Source: Eutreptiella sp. 'Long Island Sound 2002' (lineage: Eukaryota; Protista; Euglenida). Taken from it: a DNA stretch of 64,000 nt. The DNA is taken from NCBI GenBank assembly GCA_964036045.1, contig OZ038378.1, positions 162,192,001 to 162,256,000 of the forward strand, in the 5' to 3' direction. The notes beneath the pieces were generated by a model. That model ran no database searches, was not told the DNA's origin, and worked only from the letters and a program-made list of their open reading frames with translations. Of the stretch, positions 10,571 through 22,132 are shown one piece after another (position 1 is the stretch's first letter; each line of letters begins with the position of its first letter). The position numbers and the translations under genes were made by a program.

Positions 10571-12549
10571 ATCTAAGCGGGGGTGCGGGGGCTAGCCCCC
10601 GCGTCGAGCGAAGCGAGGAGAGGTACGGCTAGGGGGGGATACGGAGGGGAGGTAGGGGAAGGTACGGGGGAGGTACGGGGGGGAGGTATGGGGGGGGGGG
10701 GTTCGGGGGGGGTACAAGGGGGGGGTACGGGGGGGGGGGTTAGAGGGGGAGGGGTTACAGGGGGGGGGTACGGGGGGGGGGGGGGCAACTTCGTGCCGAC
10801 TATCGCATTCTCGGGGGTCCTCAATAGAAGGGGACAAAATCAAAAATGGCTGCATCCCCCCTACCTTCTCGGGAGCCCAAACATGGGCGGACTGGCTACA
10901 TAATCCTTGCCTTCTCAGGGCTCCCCAATAGAAGGGGACAAAATCAGAAGGGGTTACATCACCCCTACGTTCTTGGCGGCAGATTGTTTGGTGGGGGGGA
11001 GGGGGGCAAAAAAACAGGCATGGGTGGGGAATGAGAATGCTTTGTGCGCTCCGCACGTGCGCCGCAGGCGCCGGAGGGTTTGAGAAACCTGTTTTATTGC
11101 AAACCGTTCCGGAAACAAACGAGATAACTGAGAAATAGCACACGTTGCTCCGCCTGGAGAGTAGATGGATCGGACACAATGCTCAATGTGGGTGGCGGCG
11201 GCCCGCGCCAAGGGCCCCTTGTCCGCGGGCTGATGATTGCATTTAACAAGTGTCCCCCGCAACTGGGGAGAAATCAATGGCTCCCAATGCTCAGCAGGGC
11301 AACAAGATCAGAAATGGCCCACATGTGGGCATAGTGGCTACCTAACCCCTGCCCCCGGGTTGACACCCCGTAATATAACCCGTGCCTTCTCGAGGTCCCC
11401 ATGGTAGGGAGAGATCAATATGGTTACATAAAGTGGCCATACTATATGGTAAGACCGGGCCCCAAGCCCCCCGGGGAGCACAACAAGGTGGAATCTAAAA
11501 AGCTCCACAAATTAGGCAGGTTTCCCAAACTGCGCGCCGCAGGAAAAGCATTCTCAATGGTCAAAAAAAGATGCCCGGCGCGCCGGGTGCACTAACCCCC
11601 CCCCCCCTCTTCTGATGTGTGTTGCAATCAAGTTACCCCTTCCATTGTGGTCAATTCAAATTTTTCTCCCCTGCCTTTGGCGCAAGAGACTTCAGGCCAA
11701 AAAAATTTGGCACCTTTGGTGCCAGCCATTTGAGGACGGGGCTCCAGGTGAAAACGACCAACCCTCCTACAATTGGCACAAACAATGTTACACACCTTTC
11801 ACCTTCACCACCCACTTACTAGCCTCCCCGGGGGGGCAACTACAACTGGTCCTGATGCGACCCACCCCCCAACTATCTTTCAAAATTTGGGGGGGCGGTG
11901 GGCCCGGAGGGAACACGAGGATTGCTCCTGTTCCCCGCAAAACAATGTCGTGTGGCAATTGTGATGCGGTATTTGTCACTGCGGCGACAGCCAAGCCCAA
12001 GTTGCTAACAAGGCATCTAACGTGGCTTCCAATCCGCGGCCGCAAGAACAAAGGGCGCAAGGTGCACCATGGCTAAGCTACCCACGGATCACGGTTCTCG
12101 GGGGCGTGGCAGTTCCTCTGCTGCCCTCTTCCTTTAGGCGCAGCCCGAGCTGACTGCGTGCACACTTCCATAACCTGTGCGTGGCTTCGGTGTGCATTTG
12201 TAGGCGCAACCATTGTGTCATTCCTCTCCAGAGGGGCAAGCCGACTCAAAGCCTGCGCCTCCCCCCGACCCCCCGGAGTACCTTTTGCACGTGCCGAGGG
12301 CAAGGGGGGGGGGGGGGAGTTGCGTAACCGAACTGAGGAGACGGCCCACCTGTGCTACGAACACTTGTCTTCCCGTGGTCAGGCCAAAATGGTGCATTGT
12401 TTTCAACTTGGGCCGTCGCTGTTCACGTGCTTTCCTTGGTCACTTGGTGCTCCATCACGGTGTCTTGATGCCCATTGTGCACAAACGACGTGTGTGTGCA
12501 AGTGACGGTGTCCCACCAGGGGGGGGGGGGGGGGGCGACCATTCAAAGG

Positions 12550-12700
12550 GGCAGTGGGGAAAGCCTTGGGTACCCCAAAGTGTGTGGTTCGTTGGACAGT
12601 CCCCAAAAAGATGTCCAGCCATAATTGTGTTGCCACTACTTCACCTAATTGTGCAGCTACTATATTCTTTTTCAGACCTTCTAGCGCATTCCACATGCTA
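12550..12700 (-). pseudogene. Possible LINE C-terminal zinc-finger remnant
   Basis: Frame with stops reads CTIR*SSGNTIMAGHLFGDCPTNHTLW, resembling the CxxC...HLFxxCP...W motif after LINE reverse transcriptase; short and degenerate. Confidence 0.3.
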
Positions 12701-13911
12701 CAAAAGCATGCCCACAGTGTCCCCGGTGTTGCCCAAGGCAGCAGGGGTGGTACCCTTGGTAGCGTGCCGCTTGGCGAGTACCAACCCCAAGATACAACGG
12801 TTAGACGGATGTTTGCGGTCACCGACTTACCAATCTTGACCCACCAAACAGTCGCATGGCTCGCAAAACCCATTTGGATGCAGTTTGCTCAACACCGTGA
12901 GACCCGTTGTGTGCAAGGGCGGGTTTGGTGACAGCTATTGCTGTTTTTCTCTGCATGTTCCACAGGTTTTCCTTGCTTCCCCGGGCTCTTCCTCACCTTC
13001 TCTTGGCTGTTGAGTTCCGTGTTTTCCAGGCCCTTGCCAAAGATTCAGCTCCGGGTGCACTCAATGGTCGACGACCCGCACAACAAGCATGCACGTCAGC
13101 ACAGGTTCCACGTTGACATGGAGGCTCATCACCGTGCCCACTGCACCCCGGCGTGTGCAGGAACGGGCTGCTAATGCGCAGTTCACCCGCATGCCCCCCT
13201 GCCTCTCGTTCTCACGACTAGAGGCGCAAACAGGTGTCATCTTATGTACCTTTCTCCACCACCAGAGCTGCGGGCAAAACAGGGGTTGGACTGGGTCACT
13301 ATTCAAGGGGATGTCTGGCCATAAATGCCACGTTGACTGTTGCGCAGATCGTATCACTCCGTGAGAATGTCAACAAGGCGCCGTCAAATGGATGCTTGGG
13401 CAATGGGCGGGCTCTGCTACCCACCCTACACCACATCTTCTGGCCTCCTGGCGATGCGAGTCCTTTTGGTACCCCCAACCCATCTTCTCCAGACAACAGT
13501 TCCAAAAAATTGCGGAAACAGCACCTCGCTCTGTTTGGACAAAGGCGTTGTCTAGGCGCGCCTCCAGCAGACATAAGCCGTGAAAGGAAAGGGTACTCAT
13601 TGACGTCCAGACTTTCATGCCATTCTGATGGAACCAATTATAATGACACACCACTTAGCAAACAACATCTATGGGGACAAAAGCCTCTCCCGGGGCACAA
13701 ATGACATAAAAATCGAGACAGTCATCCAAAACCAGAAAATAGAACCGCCAAATTCTATTTCCTTCGGCAGTGCACCTCGAAGAGAGGTTGACAGTCAGCC
13801 AATCAGTCCCTGAGCCAGCAAGCAGGCAGTCAGACAGATACACACAGTTTGGGTTTTTTGTCAGTGGCAGATGCGTCCCCAAGCAGCAGGGAGGCCCTTC
13901 GCCGCAATCCA

Positions 13912-13981
13912 AGCAGTGGCCGAGTGGTAACGCAGCCGACTGGCATCCGTGTGGGCGTCAGTTCGAACCCCGATCTGCCCA
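13912..13981 (+). ncRNA. tRNA-derived module (A and B boxes), not a canonical tRNA
   Basis: TGGCCGAGTGG (A box) and GTTCGAACCC (B box) at tRNA-like spacing; stems are imperfect. Confidence 0.6.
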
Positions 13982-14013
13982 CTTTGGCGCTGCCGCCGGC
14001 GGCCGCGCTAAAA

Positions 14014-14084
14014 GTAAGCAGACCAGGGTTCGAACCGACGCCTGCACATCTGGTATCGGCTGCGTTACCATTGGACCGCTGACC
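14014..14084 (-). ncRNA. Second tRNA-derived module, convergent with 13912-13981
   Basis: Minus strand cagcggtccaatggtaacgcagccga...ggcgtcggttcgaaccctggtctgc aligns with the plus-strand module. Confidence 0.6.
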
Positions 14085-15459
14085 GTGTTACCAGCACTGT
14101 GCGTCCCCACTGCTTGTAGCCTATTAAGCAAAAACTTTTGACCCCCCCCCCCCACCCACCCCCCCACCCCCCCCCACCCCCCCTCAAAAAAGTGATATCT
14201 AGTTTTAGGGGGTAGAGGCCACAAAATCAAAAAATCCATTGGGGGATGCTGTTATTGGGCAAAATAATGATTTTACAAGGGGTTGAACATCCAATATCAT
14301 GCCTTGGGGTATGCTACGCGAATGACCCCAAAAAAGGGGGGTATATGACGCCCGCACCTGCGCTTGATCTAACAACCTCTCTTCGAGGTGATTCAATGGA
14401 CCCAAAAGTTGCGGAAACAGGTCAGCCTATTCAGGTCCTGCACGCTGTGCGTAAAGGGGTCAACCCAAAAGTTGCGGAAAGAACACCTCGCGTTGGTTGG
14501 ACATGGGCGTTGTTTGGACAAGGGGGCGGGCGGGTAGATGCCAGAGAAGCTTGGAGCGATGTCCCAAGCAGGCGTACATGCATGTGCCCCAGCCCCTTTG
14601 GTGCGCATGTGGTGCATTCCTTTGTACAAAAATTGTGCATTGTGCAAAAAAATGCCACAAACAAACAACAAAGGCCTGGAGCCCGGATGGTGTTGCCAAC
14701 CCCGGGTCCTGCCACTGGGTGCCGTCGGAAGGGCAAGGGGGGGATGCCATTGGAGTCGGTTCACCCCATGGACCAGGGCAGGAGGTCGTTGGCCAGGCGT
14801 ACGGCAATCAGGTGCAACGTCCGCATTGGGCTGCGGCCGCGCCTCCCGCACCGCAACCTCCTCCACTGTCTTCAGCCCACGGACCCTCTGTCCGTTGTTC
14901 GTCAGAGCCACCGCTGTGCCTCTGTAGCGTGTGACAGAGGGAAGAGGGGAGAGGGGTGCAGCCACGGACCCCCCCCCCAGGTCCACGACACTCTCTTCGT
15001 TCTGTACAAAATGGCACAAATAGACCCCCCAGGAAAAAACCGTCAACACGGAGGGACACGGACACATGCCCATGTGAACACCGGACGCTAGCCTAGCGTT
15101 AGGTATGGTCTATGCACTTCACGGGCTGCAGTGCTTCTATTGTGTTCTATTGTGTTCTATTATTGTATCCTCTGTTTTTCGCGACATGAGGATATTGCTG
15201 ACGTTGTGGAGTTCAGGCCTGCACAGTCGCAAGCAGTGCAGGCCAGGGCATGGGGGGAATGTTTGCCCGGCGCGCGCCCGGCGCGCGCCCGGCGCGCTAC
15301 TTTTGTATTAACTATCCCGACTTCAGCCCCAGATTTACCCTCCCATGGAGAAGCCCCCCAAGTAGACCACATTGCACTGCACACCTTCCCTACAAAGCAC
15401 GTTGCAAAATAAAGCAATATCTGTGACTTCAACCACTCCAAATGTCATTTGTGTTGCAC

Positions 15460-16320
15460 TTAACAAACAACATTGGTCCCACAAGTGTGGGTGTCAATAC
15501 ATTCCTTACAATAGTGCTCCTTACACTCATCACAAACTGCGACGGTGGAGCGCCTTTGGCAACACAAAACACACACTTCCGCCTCATCCTCTGCCTCATC
15601 TTGCGTGGCGGCCGAGTTGCTTTGGTCAGTCCAAACATGAGGCGGGACATGCTCCCATGGTCCGTAGGGGGGGTGACGGACTTGCCTTCGGATGCAAAAC
15701 TGAGTGAAATGCAACAAAATGCAACTCATTGGGGCCGCCACGCCAGATGTTCCTAACCAAACCCCAATGCCACAACCGAGCAAACAGCTGCTCAATGCGT
15801 GCCCTGTACCACCCATGGACATCGTTGTAACCTTGTTGGCGGGCTGTCAAAGTGCCATTCTTTCTTCCAATGAATGGCACAATGACATGAATCCGGCCTT
15901 TATAAGCGCCATCATGGCCCCCAACTTCAAAATCAAAGAAATCCCCTCGGGTACGAGAAGGTCCGTACCCATCCCAAATCAAAACATCTGCTGATGTCCC
16001 GGGGGCCAAGGGGCAAATCCATACAATGTTGCCCAACATATCAACGGCAACAGTGACCTTGTAAACATGCGACGCATACTTAGGATTCCACAGGTCTGCA
16101 CTCCATATCCCGCCAATGGAACTGATGGGCATGGAGTCTGTGAAATGCGTCATAAAGAATGGAAAATGGGGACAATGGTTGAAAGGATTCAACCTGTCGG
16201 CCCATCGAATCTCTTGAACAACATGGTTAAGGTATTCGCGAGCACGGGCAACACTCTGCCGCCAGGCAACCTCCGAACCTTCTGCGTGAGACATGAAAGC
16301 ACCGCTCTCTGCCGGTGGGG
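15460..16320 (-). pseudogene. DDE_Tnp_4 (Harbinger/HARBI1-type) transposase, 5'-truncated and frameshifted, C-terminal B-box-like zinc finger
   Basis: Catalytic-type motifs FTDSMPI, YKVTVAVDMLGNIVWICPLAPGTSAD, GHDGAYKG, YNDVHGWYRARIEQLFARL; frame change near 15715 into LLHFTQF...CVLCCQRRSTVAVCDECKEHYCKECIDTHTC. Confidence 0.85.
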
Positions 16321-16666
16321 TTGTCCCGGTTTCCTCAATAGCACCGGACGGTTGGGGCCCAAAAGAGGGCGGAAATGCTACATCACCCCTGCATTCTCGG
16401 GGGTCCCCAACAAAGGGAACAAAATCGGAAGTCAAAACCTACGCCGGGGGTCACCATGATGCACCACGCAACAAAGCGTGGATTCAAAGATTGTCCCGGT
16501 TTCCTCAATAGCACCGGACGGTTGGGGCCCAAAAGAGGGCGGAAATGCTACATCACCCCTGCATTCTCGGGGGTCCCCAACAAAGGGAACAAAATCGGAA
16601 GTCAAAACCTACGCCGGGGGTCACCATGATGCAGCACGCAACAAAGCGTGGATTCAAAGATTGTCC
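16321..16666. repeat. 170-bp tandem duplication within the Harbinger-like element
   Basis: ttgtcccggtttcctcaatagcacc... starts at 16321 and 16491; near-identical units; a single related unit at about 27420-27590. Confidence 0.92.
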
Positions 16667-16984
16667 TAAGTGCGCCCCTTAGCGCACCCCCTAAAAGGTC
16701 ACCGGTGGGGCACGGGTCCAAAAAGATGCCCGGCGCGCGCCCGGCGCGCTAACGTTCCCCCATGGACCCGCATGGAGGTTTGCTCTCGGGTCATGGAGCG
16801 CAAGAGGTCAGGGTAAGGGTCCAGGGGGCAGGTCCAGGGTTGAGCGCCGGGTCATATATATGGGGCAAGGCTCCGGGCCTACAAGCGACGGGAAAATGGG
16901 ATTGGAAACGCGAGCTCCTTCGAACATTAGGATTGACCAACGGGGGGGACCAACCGAAGGAGGCAAGATTTATATCCACGACTT

Positions 16985-18014
16985 CCACAGTAGATTGTCG
17001 TCTTCTGATTGTGGTGCAAAGGTGTTGCAAAGGAGACACATGGGCACATCACCAACATTGGAGCGAAGTGACGCGCAAAAATGTGTTTGCCGGGGTCAAC
17101 GGCCACTTCCAACGCGTCTGGGTGCAAAAAGTCTCCTTGGTGAGGCCACTTCACAACTTGAATTGCAGCCTTCACAATTCATAAATGCCTGTCTTCAGCG
17201 CCTTATTTGTAAGCACCCAATCTGTTGACAGCTGTTCGGGGTGTTCATGTCCTTGCCGCAAAGAAATAGGAAATTGGATAGACCCCAGCTATCCGGGCCC
17301 ACCAACTTCTCCAAGTCAGGACGTAGCCTTATAATATGGGCGATTGAAATACCTAAACATCATGACGACATAAATGCACTGCCATGATGCCACCGCATCA
17401 AAAGCCACGCCACCCTGATGCAAAGGCACCAAATACCAGGGCACCATATCGATACAGCACAATAATGCCGCAGCACCAAATTGCCACAACACTATGACAC
17501 GGCAATACAATTATTACACAACACCTTGATACCAAAACACCATGATGCAACAGCACCTTGATGCAACCACGGGATGCGGCCACATAACACCATAATGGGA
17601 CAACACCTTGATGTAACAGCAACATAATGTCACAGTACCATGTGGCCACGACAGCAGACCGCCACAACAACATGATGCTACAACATTCCCATGCACTACA
17701 CCATGAGGCCACTGCGCCATGATGGCACAGCACTATGAGGCTATGACGCCATAATGGCACAGCACCATTATGCCAAAGCAACATAATGCCACAGCATGCC
17801 TCAGCACCATGATGCTACAACAACAGTATAGCACAAACACAACAAAAGGGGGACAAAATGAATCAACAGAGGAGAAAATCACTTGGAGAGTTGCGGGTGT
17901 GTGTGTCGGTTCAGAGTGAAATACCTTCTCTCCGGGCTTGCTCGCCGGGATACCGCTGAAGTTGCAAAACATAAAGACTAAAGCGCATATGTGGAGTCCA
18001 GCCATATAGCATGC
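16985..18014. repeat. Segmental duplication of 19264-20591, including a CAY-rich low-complexity block (about 17345-17830)
   Basis: Offsets 2279 then 2577; identical ORF translations 17316/19893 and 17398/19975; the second copy has 298 extra bp. Confidence 0.93.
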
Positions 18015-18134
18015 ACCGTGTAGCGAGTTCCGTAAGCTGACTGCGGAGAGCGGCACTTTGCGGTGAAGCTTTGCCCCTTGTCTCGGAAAAGATCGCCACT
18101 CCCAACTGGCGAATCATTGCCTGCTGCACATCAC
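18015..18134 (-). CDS. Candidate internal exon (120 bp, phase 1-1, GC donor)
   Basis: ctcag|gt gat gtg ... aca cgg t|gcatgc; reads GDVQQAMIRQLGVAIFSETRGKASPQSAALRSQLTELATR; length is a multiple of 3. Confidence 0.55.
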
Positions 18135-19263
18135 CTGAGCACCACGTGGCAAAAAGCAAGAGTTCTTAAAATCATTTCTAAAAAGCACTTAAGGCTGTGG
18201 CGCATAATATGCAATGGATGGCTGTTGTTGAATGCCTCAGGTAGCCCTCATGGGATCTCTCTCATATGCAGTCAATATGCTTTGTATGACTTCGCTTTTC
18301 ATTCCGGACATGCCTCGCTGTGGGTGGTGCCATTGGTAGCTGGGTTCTCTGTGCCCTTCCTATTTGCTGCCCTTTTATCTGTGCACCATGCCTATGCATG
18401 CAGTATGTTGCGCGTTAGACGCTGCATCAATGAGCCACCCTGGAAGGCGGGTATATCGACATCACCCTGCCAACCCCCACCCCCTGCCAATTCACCCGCC
18501 ATACCAATGGGCCCACCCCTTCAGATGAAGAAACATGGCCCCTGTTGCCAATAGACCCCCGATTTCGAAAGAAGAAACATGTTTGAAAATTTGATGTAAC
18601 CCACGTACACTTTTTTTTTTAAAGAAAAAGGACAACAAGAACAATCCAAAAGCCGTCATTGCTACCGAAGGAGACAAGCTTTATATCCACGATCTCCGTG
18701 AGGCTTGCAAGCGGAACACCAATCCGCGTGCAAAGCCCAAGTCATCAGACACAAAGTCCGAGTTGATTTACAAGGGTGTGTTTGCCGACTTGAGGCTTAC
18801 GGCTCCGTTTTTATCTTGGTCACCACTTTAGATCACCGCTTTGGATCATCATTTTGGATTTTTGGTGCGGCTGCAAATACCCAAGCCGATGATACCCTCT
18901 ATACCCTATTGGGGTGAGAGGGGTGAGCCTGAGGTACAGGATTTTGGGGTGGGGATGTGCATTGACAAGAATGCCAATGGGCAATGGTCTACTGGTTTAT
19001 AAAAGCATAATAATGACATCCTAAGACCCAAGCCGGGTGTATCTTTCACTAGACCTCTTTGTAGTCCATGGTTGTTGCAATTCTACATTTGGGTGATGGA
19101 TCCTCCTCTACTTACCAGCTTAGGTGGTGGAAGGGGGCGGAGAGAGAGGACATCAATATCCAATTAGAATAAACCAAAAGCAACAGAAAATCGAGGCATG
19201 ATAATGGCATCATAACAGCCGAGCCGGATCTACAACCAAAAATTTTGTACTGTGAGAACCACT

Positions 19264-20591
19264 CCATAGTAGATTGTCGTCTTCTGATTGTGGTGCAAAG
19301 GTGTTGCAAAGGAGACACATGGGCACATCACCAACATTGGAGCGAAGTGACGCACAAAAATGTGTTTGCCGGGGTCAACGGCCACTTCCAATGCATCCGG
19401 GTGCAAAAAGTCTCCTTGGTGAGGCCACTTCACAACTTGAATTGCAGCCTTCACAATTCATAAATGCCTGTCTTCAGCGCCTTATTTATAAGCGCCCAAT
19501 CTGTTGACTGGAACGGGTCTGTGCCTTGACACTTCTAATGTTCCGGGCGGCATCTCCAAAGCGGCCGTCGAACAAGAGCACACCTGATGGATATGCTCCT
19601 GCAATACGGGAAGATGCCGCTTCTTCGCACCGCGCCGCGATGCGGCGGCGTGATGGAGAGGGGTGAAGCTCTTGTACTTGTTGGCGTCAGTCTCCGTGTC
19701 GGTGCGTTTCCATCTGACAGCGTGAGGGGTCGAGCAGCACCAAGGGACCCCCCAAAGCCGGATTAGGGTGAGCCGGGGCGAGAAATCCGGGTGACCAGAG
19801 GTTGACAGCTGTTCGGGGTGTTCATGTCCTTGCCGCAAAGAAATAGGAAATTGGATAGACCCCAGCTATCCGGGCCCACCAACTTCTCCAAGTCAGGACG
19901 TAGCCTTATAATATGGGCGATTGAAATACCTAAACATCATGACGACATAAATGCACTGCCATGATGCCACCGCATCAAAAGCCACGCCACCCTGATGCAA
20001 AGGCACCAAATACCAGGGCACCATATCGATACAGCACAATAATGCCGCAGCACCAAATTGCCACAACACTATGACACGGCAATACAATTATTACACAACA
20101 CCTTGATACCAAAACACCATGATGCAACAGCACCTTGATGCAACCACGGGATGCGGCCACATAACACCATAATGGGACAACACCTTGATGTAACAGCAAC
20201 ATAATGTCACAGTACCATGTGGCCACGACAGCAGACCGCCACAACAACATGATGCTACAACATTCCCATGCACTACACCATGAGGCCACTGCGCCATGAT
20301 GGCACAGCACTATGAGGCTATGACGCCATAATGGCACAGCACCATTATGCCAAAGCAACATAATGCCACAGCATGCCTCAGCACCATGATGCTACAACAA
20401 CAGTATAGCACAAACACAACAAAAGGGGGACAAAATGAATCAACAGAGGAGAAAATCACTTGGAGAGTTGCGGGTGTGTGTGTCGGTTCAGAGTGAAATA
20501 CCTTCTCTCCAGGCTTGCTCGCCGGGATACCGCTGAAGTTGCGAAACATAAAGGCTAAAGCGCATACGTGGAGTCCAGCCATATAGCATGC
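19264..20591. repeat. Second copy of the duplicated intronic segment 16985-18014
   Basis: As for 16985-18014; extra segment 19509-19800 bounded by GTTGAC direct repeats. Confidence 0.93.
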
Positions 20592-20969
20592 ATTTTTCGG
20601 ATGTGGACTCCTGCAGGGCGTCCAACTTGTTGGATGTGGCCTTGTTGATGTTGATCAGGGTGTTGAATTTTTCCGATGTGGACTCCTGCAGGGCGTCCAA
20701 CTTGTCGGATGTGGCCGTGTTCATGTTGATCAGGGTGTCGATTTTTTCCGATGTGGACTCCTGCAGGGCGTCCAACTTGTTGGATGTGGACTCCTGCAGG
20801 GCGTCCAACTTGTTGGATGTGGCCTTGTTGATGTTGATCAGGGTGTCCAATTGGTCGGAAGTGGTCATCTTCAGATCGACCATTTTCTTGTTGAGGTCCA
20901 GCAGGGCGTCCAATTGGCGAGTGCTGGTCTTGTTCAGGTCCACAAGGGTGTCCAACTGGTGAATGGCAC
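20592..20969 (-). CDS. Internal exon (378 bp, phase 1-1, GC donor) encoding 11-residue-repeat coiled coil
   Basis: ctttaccctcctcag|gt gcc ... gaa aaa t|gcatgc; strong GC3; repeats of SNKLDALQEST / SEKIDTLINMN; 126 codons. Confidence 0.72.
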
Positions 20970-21290
20970 CTGAGGAGGGTAAAGAAAATGCAGTGCCTGG
21001 GTAGCTAGACAATCTACAGACTGCAGTGGGTGAAAATTGTAATGGGGGGTCAAAAAAGGTGCACTGCACTACTCTTACAAACAAACTTCACAACAGCAAA
21101 AGCCTCCACATGTACCAGCCACATGTGAGTGCTACAGCCTTCATTTGTCATGCCAATCATCATGCAATTTAAAAGAACCATTTGTCAAGATTGACTGGTC
21201 CTTTGTGTCAATCATAAGCCAAGCAATGTGCACAAAGGTGGACCACATAGTGATGTCTAGTCGAACCCTGCTTTGTTGTCATACGCTGCA

Positions 21291-22097
21291 GCAGGTGCAC
21301 TATGAGGTGTCCAATCGAGATGATCATCTATTGGACAGCCAGGACAGGGGTTTGGTTTGATGTTGCGCGTACCAAAAGCCCGCCCCCTGCGACAGCCCCC
21401 CCCACCCCCACCCTGCTGCAGTGAACTTGCTGACAAACAGTGGCTGGGAGTGTCTATGGCGAGGGCATCCAGCACAGTCTTACCGACCATTTGAAGCCCA
21501 CCTTGCACAGTCTCCCAGTGGGGGGTGTCGCTTGCCCCAAGCGTCCTCTGATTACAAGGGAGTAGTCGTGGAAAGGTCGCGTTTACAGGTTTAGGTCCTC
21601 ATGCATGCCCCCCTCCCCCCCCCCAAGGGGCCTGGGAGGTGGAAGGATGGGAGGGTGCAACAGGTTGTTAGGCTTGATTTGTTGTCATTTCATATTTCCA
21701 CTGATGGATTTGCCATTTTCACTATTGAAACACTTGTATTTGTAGTCTGTTTAGCTGCCACAAATGCCCTGACGGCACACCTTGCGAACCCCTGCTCTCA
21801 TCGTGCAAGATGGCTCAAATGATCTCCACCACACAATCGGAGCCAACACCAGAATTGGATATTGATGTAATTGTTTTGGTGGGGTTGTGGTTGTGGGGGG
21901 CTCTGAAGCCCGATCTGTAGTCAAATCCCAACGCCGAAGGCGCCATAGGTGAACCCTGTGATAACAGTTTCACATCGTTGCCACAGGTTGCAACGTTTGC
22001 AATGGGTGTTCGACCCACTCCTGATTTATTAGGCGTGGTCCAGTTTGGACAAGTGACGTCCACAAATGTGGTGAATTCCGATTGTCTGCCCCAACAT
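21291..22097. repeat. Segmental duplication, copy of 1-807
   Basis: Same sequence at offset 21290. Confidence 0.95.
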
Positions 22098-22132
22098 CCT
22101 GAGTGCTAGATGCACGCCGTAGGCAAACAGCA

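Larger units (their letters stand above)
6740..11605 (-). mobile_element. PIF/Harbinger-like composite copy 1 (internally deleted, with nested insertions and cargo)
   Basis: Left end gggggatgtttgcccggcgcgctac matches 15253 and 26683. The 3' part of the transposase continues colinearly across the 6940-8483 insertion. A right-end-like aaaaagatgcccggcgcg...taaccccc lies at about 11565-11605; pairing of the two ends is inferred. Confidence 0.55.
13773..14390. mobile_element. ~620-bp non-autonomous element with 18-bp inverted repeats (copy 1)
   Basis: cacctcgaagagaggttg (13773-13790) and its exact reverse complement caacctctcttcgaggtg (14373-14390); colinear homologue at 38129-38721; no clear TSD. 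Confidence 0.8.
15253..16761 (-). mobile_element. PIF/Harbinger-like DNA transposon copy 2 (1509 bp), 3-bp TSD ATG
   Basis: Imperfect TIRs GGGGGAATGTTTGC / GGGGGAACGTTAGC; ATG at 15250-15252 and 16762-16764; repeated subterminal gcccggcgcgc motifs; internal DDE transposase. Confidence 0.85.
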
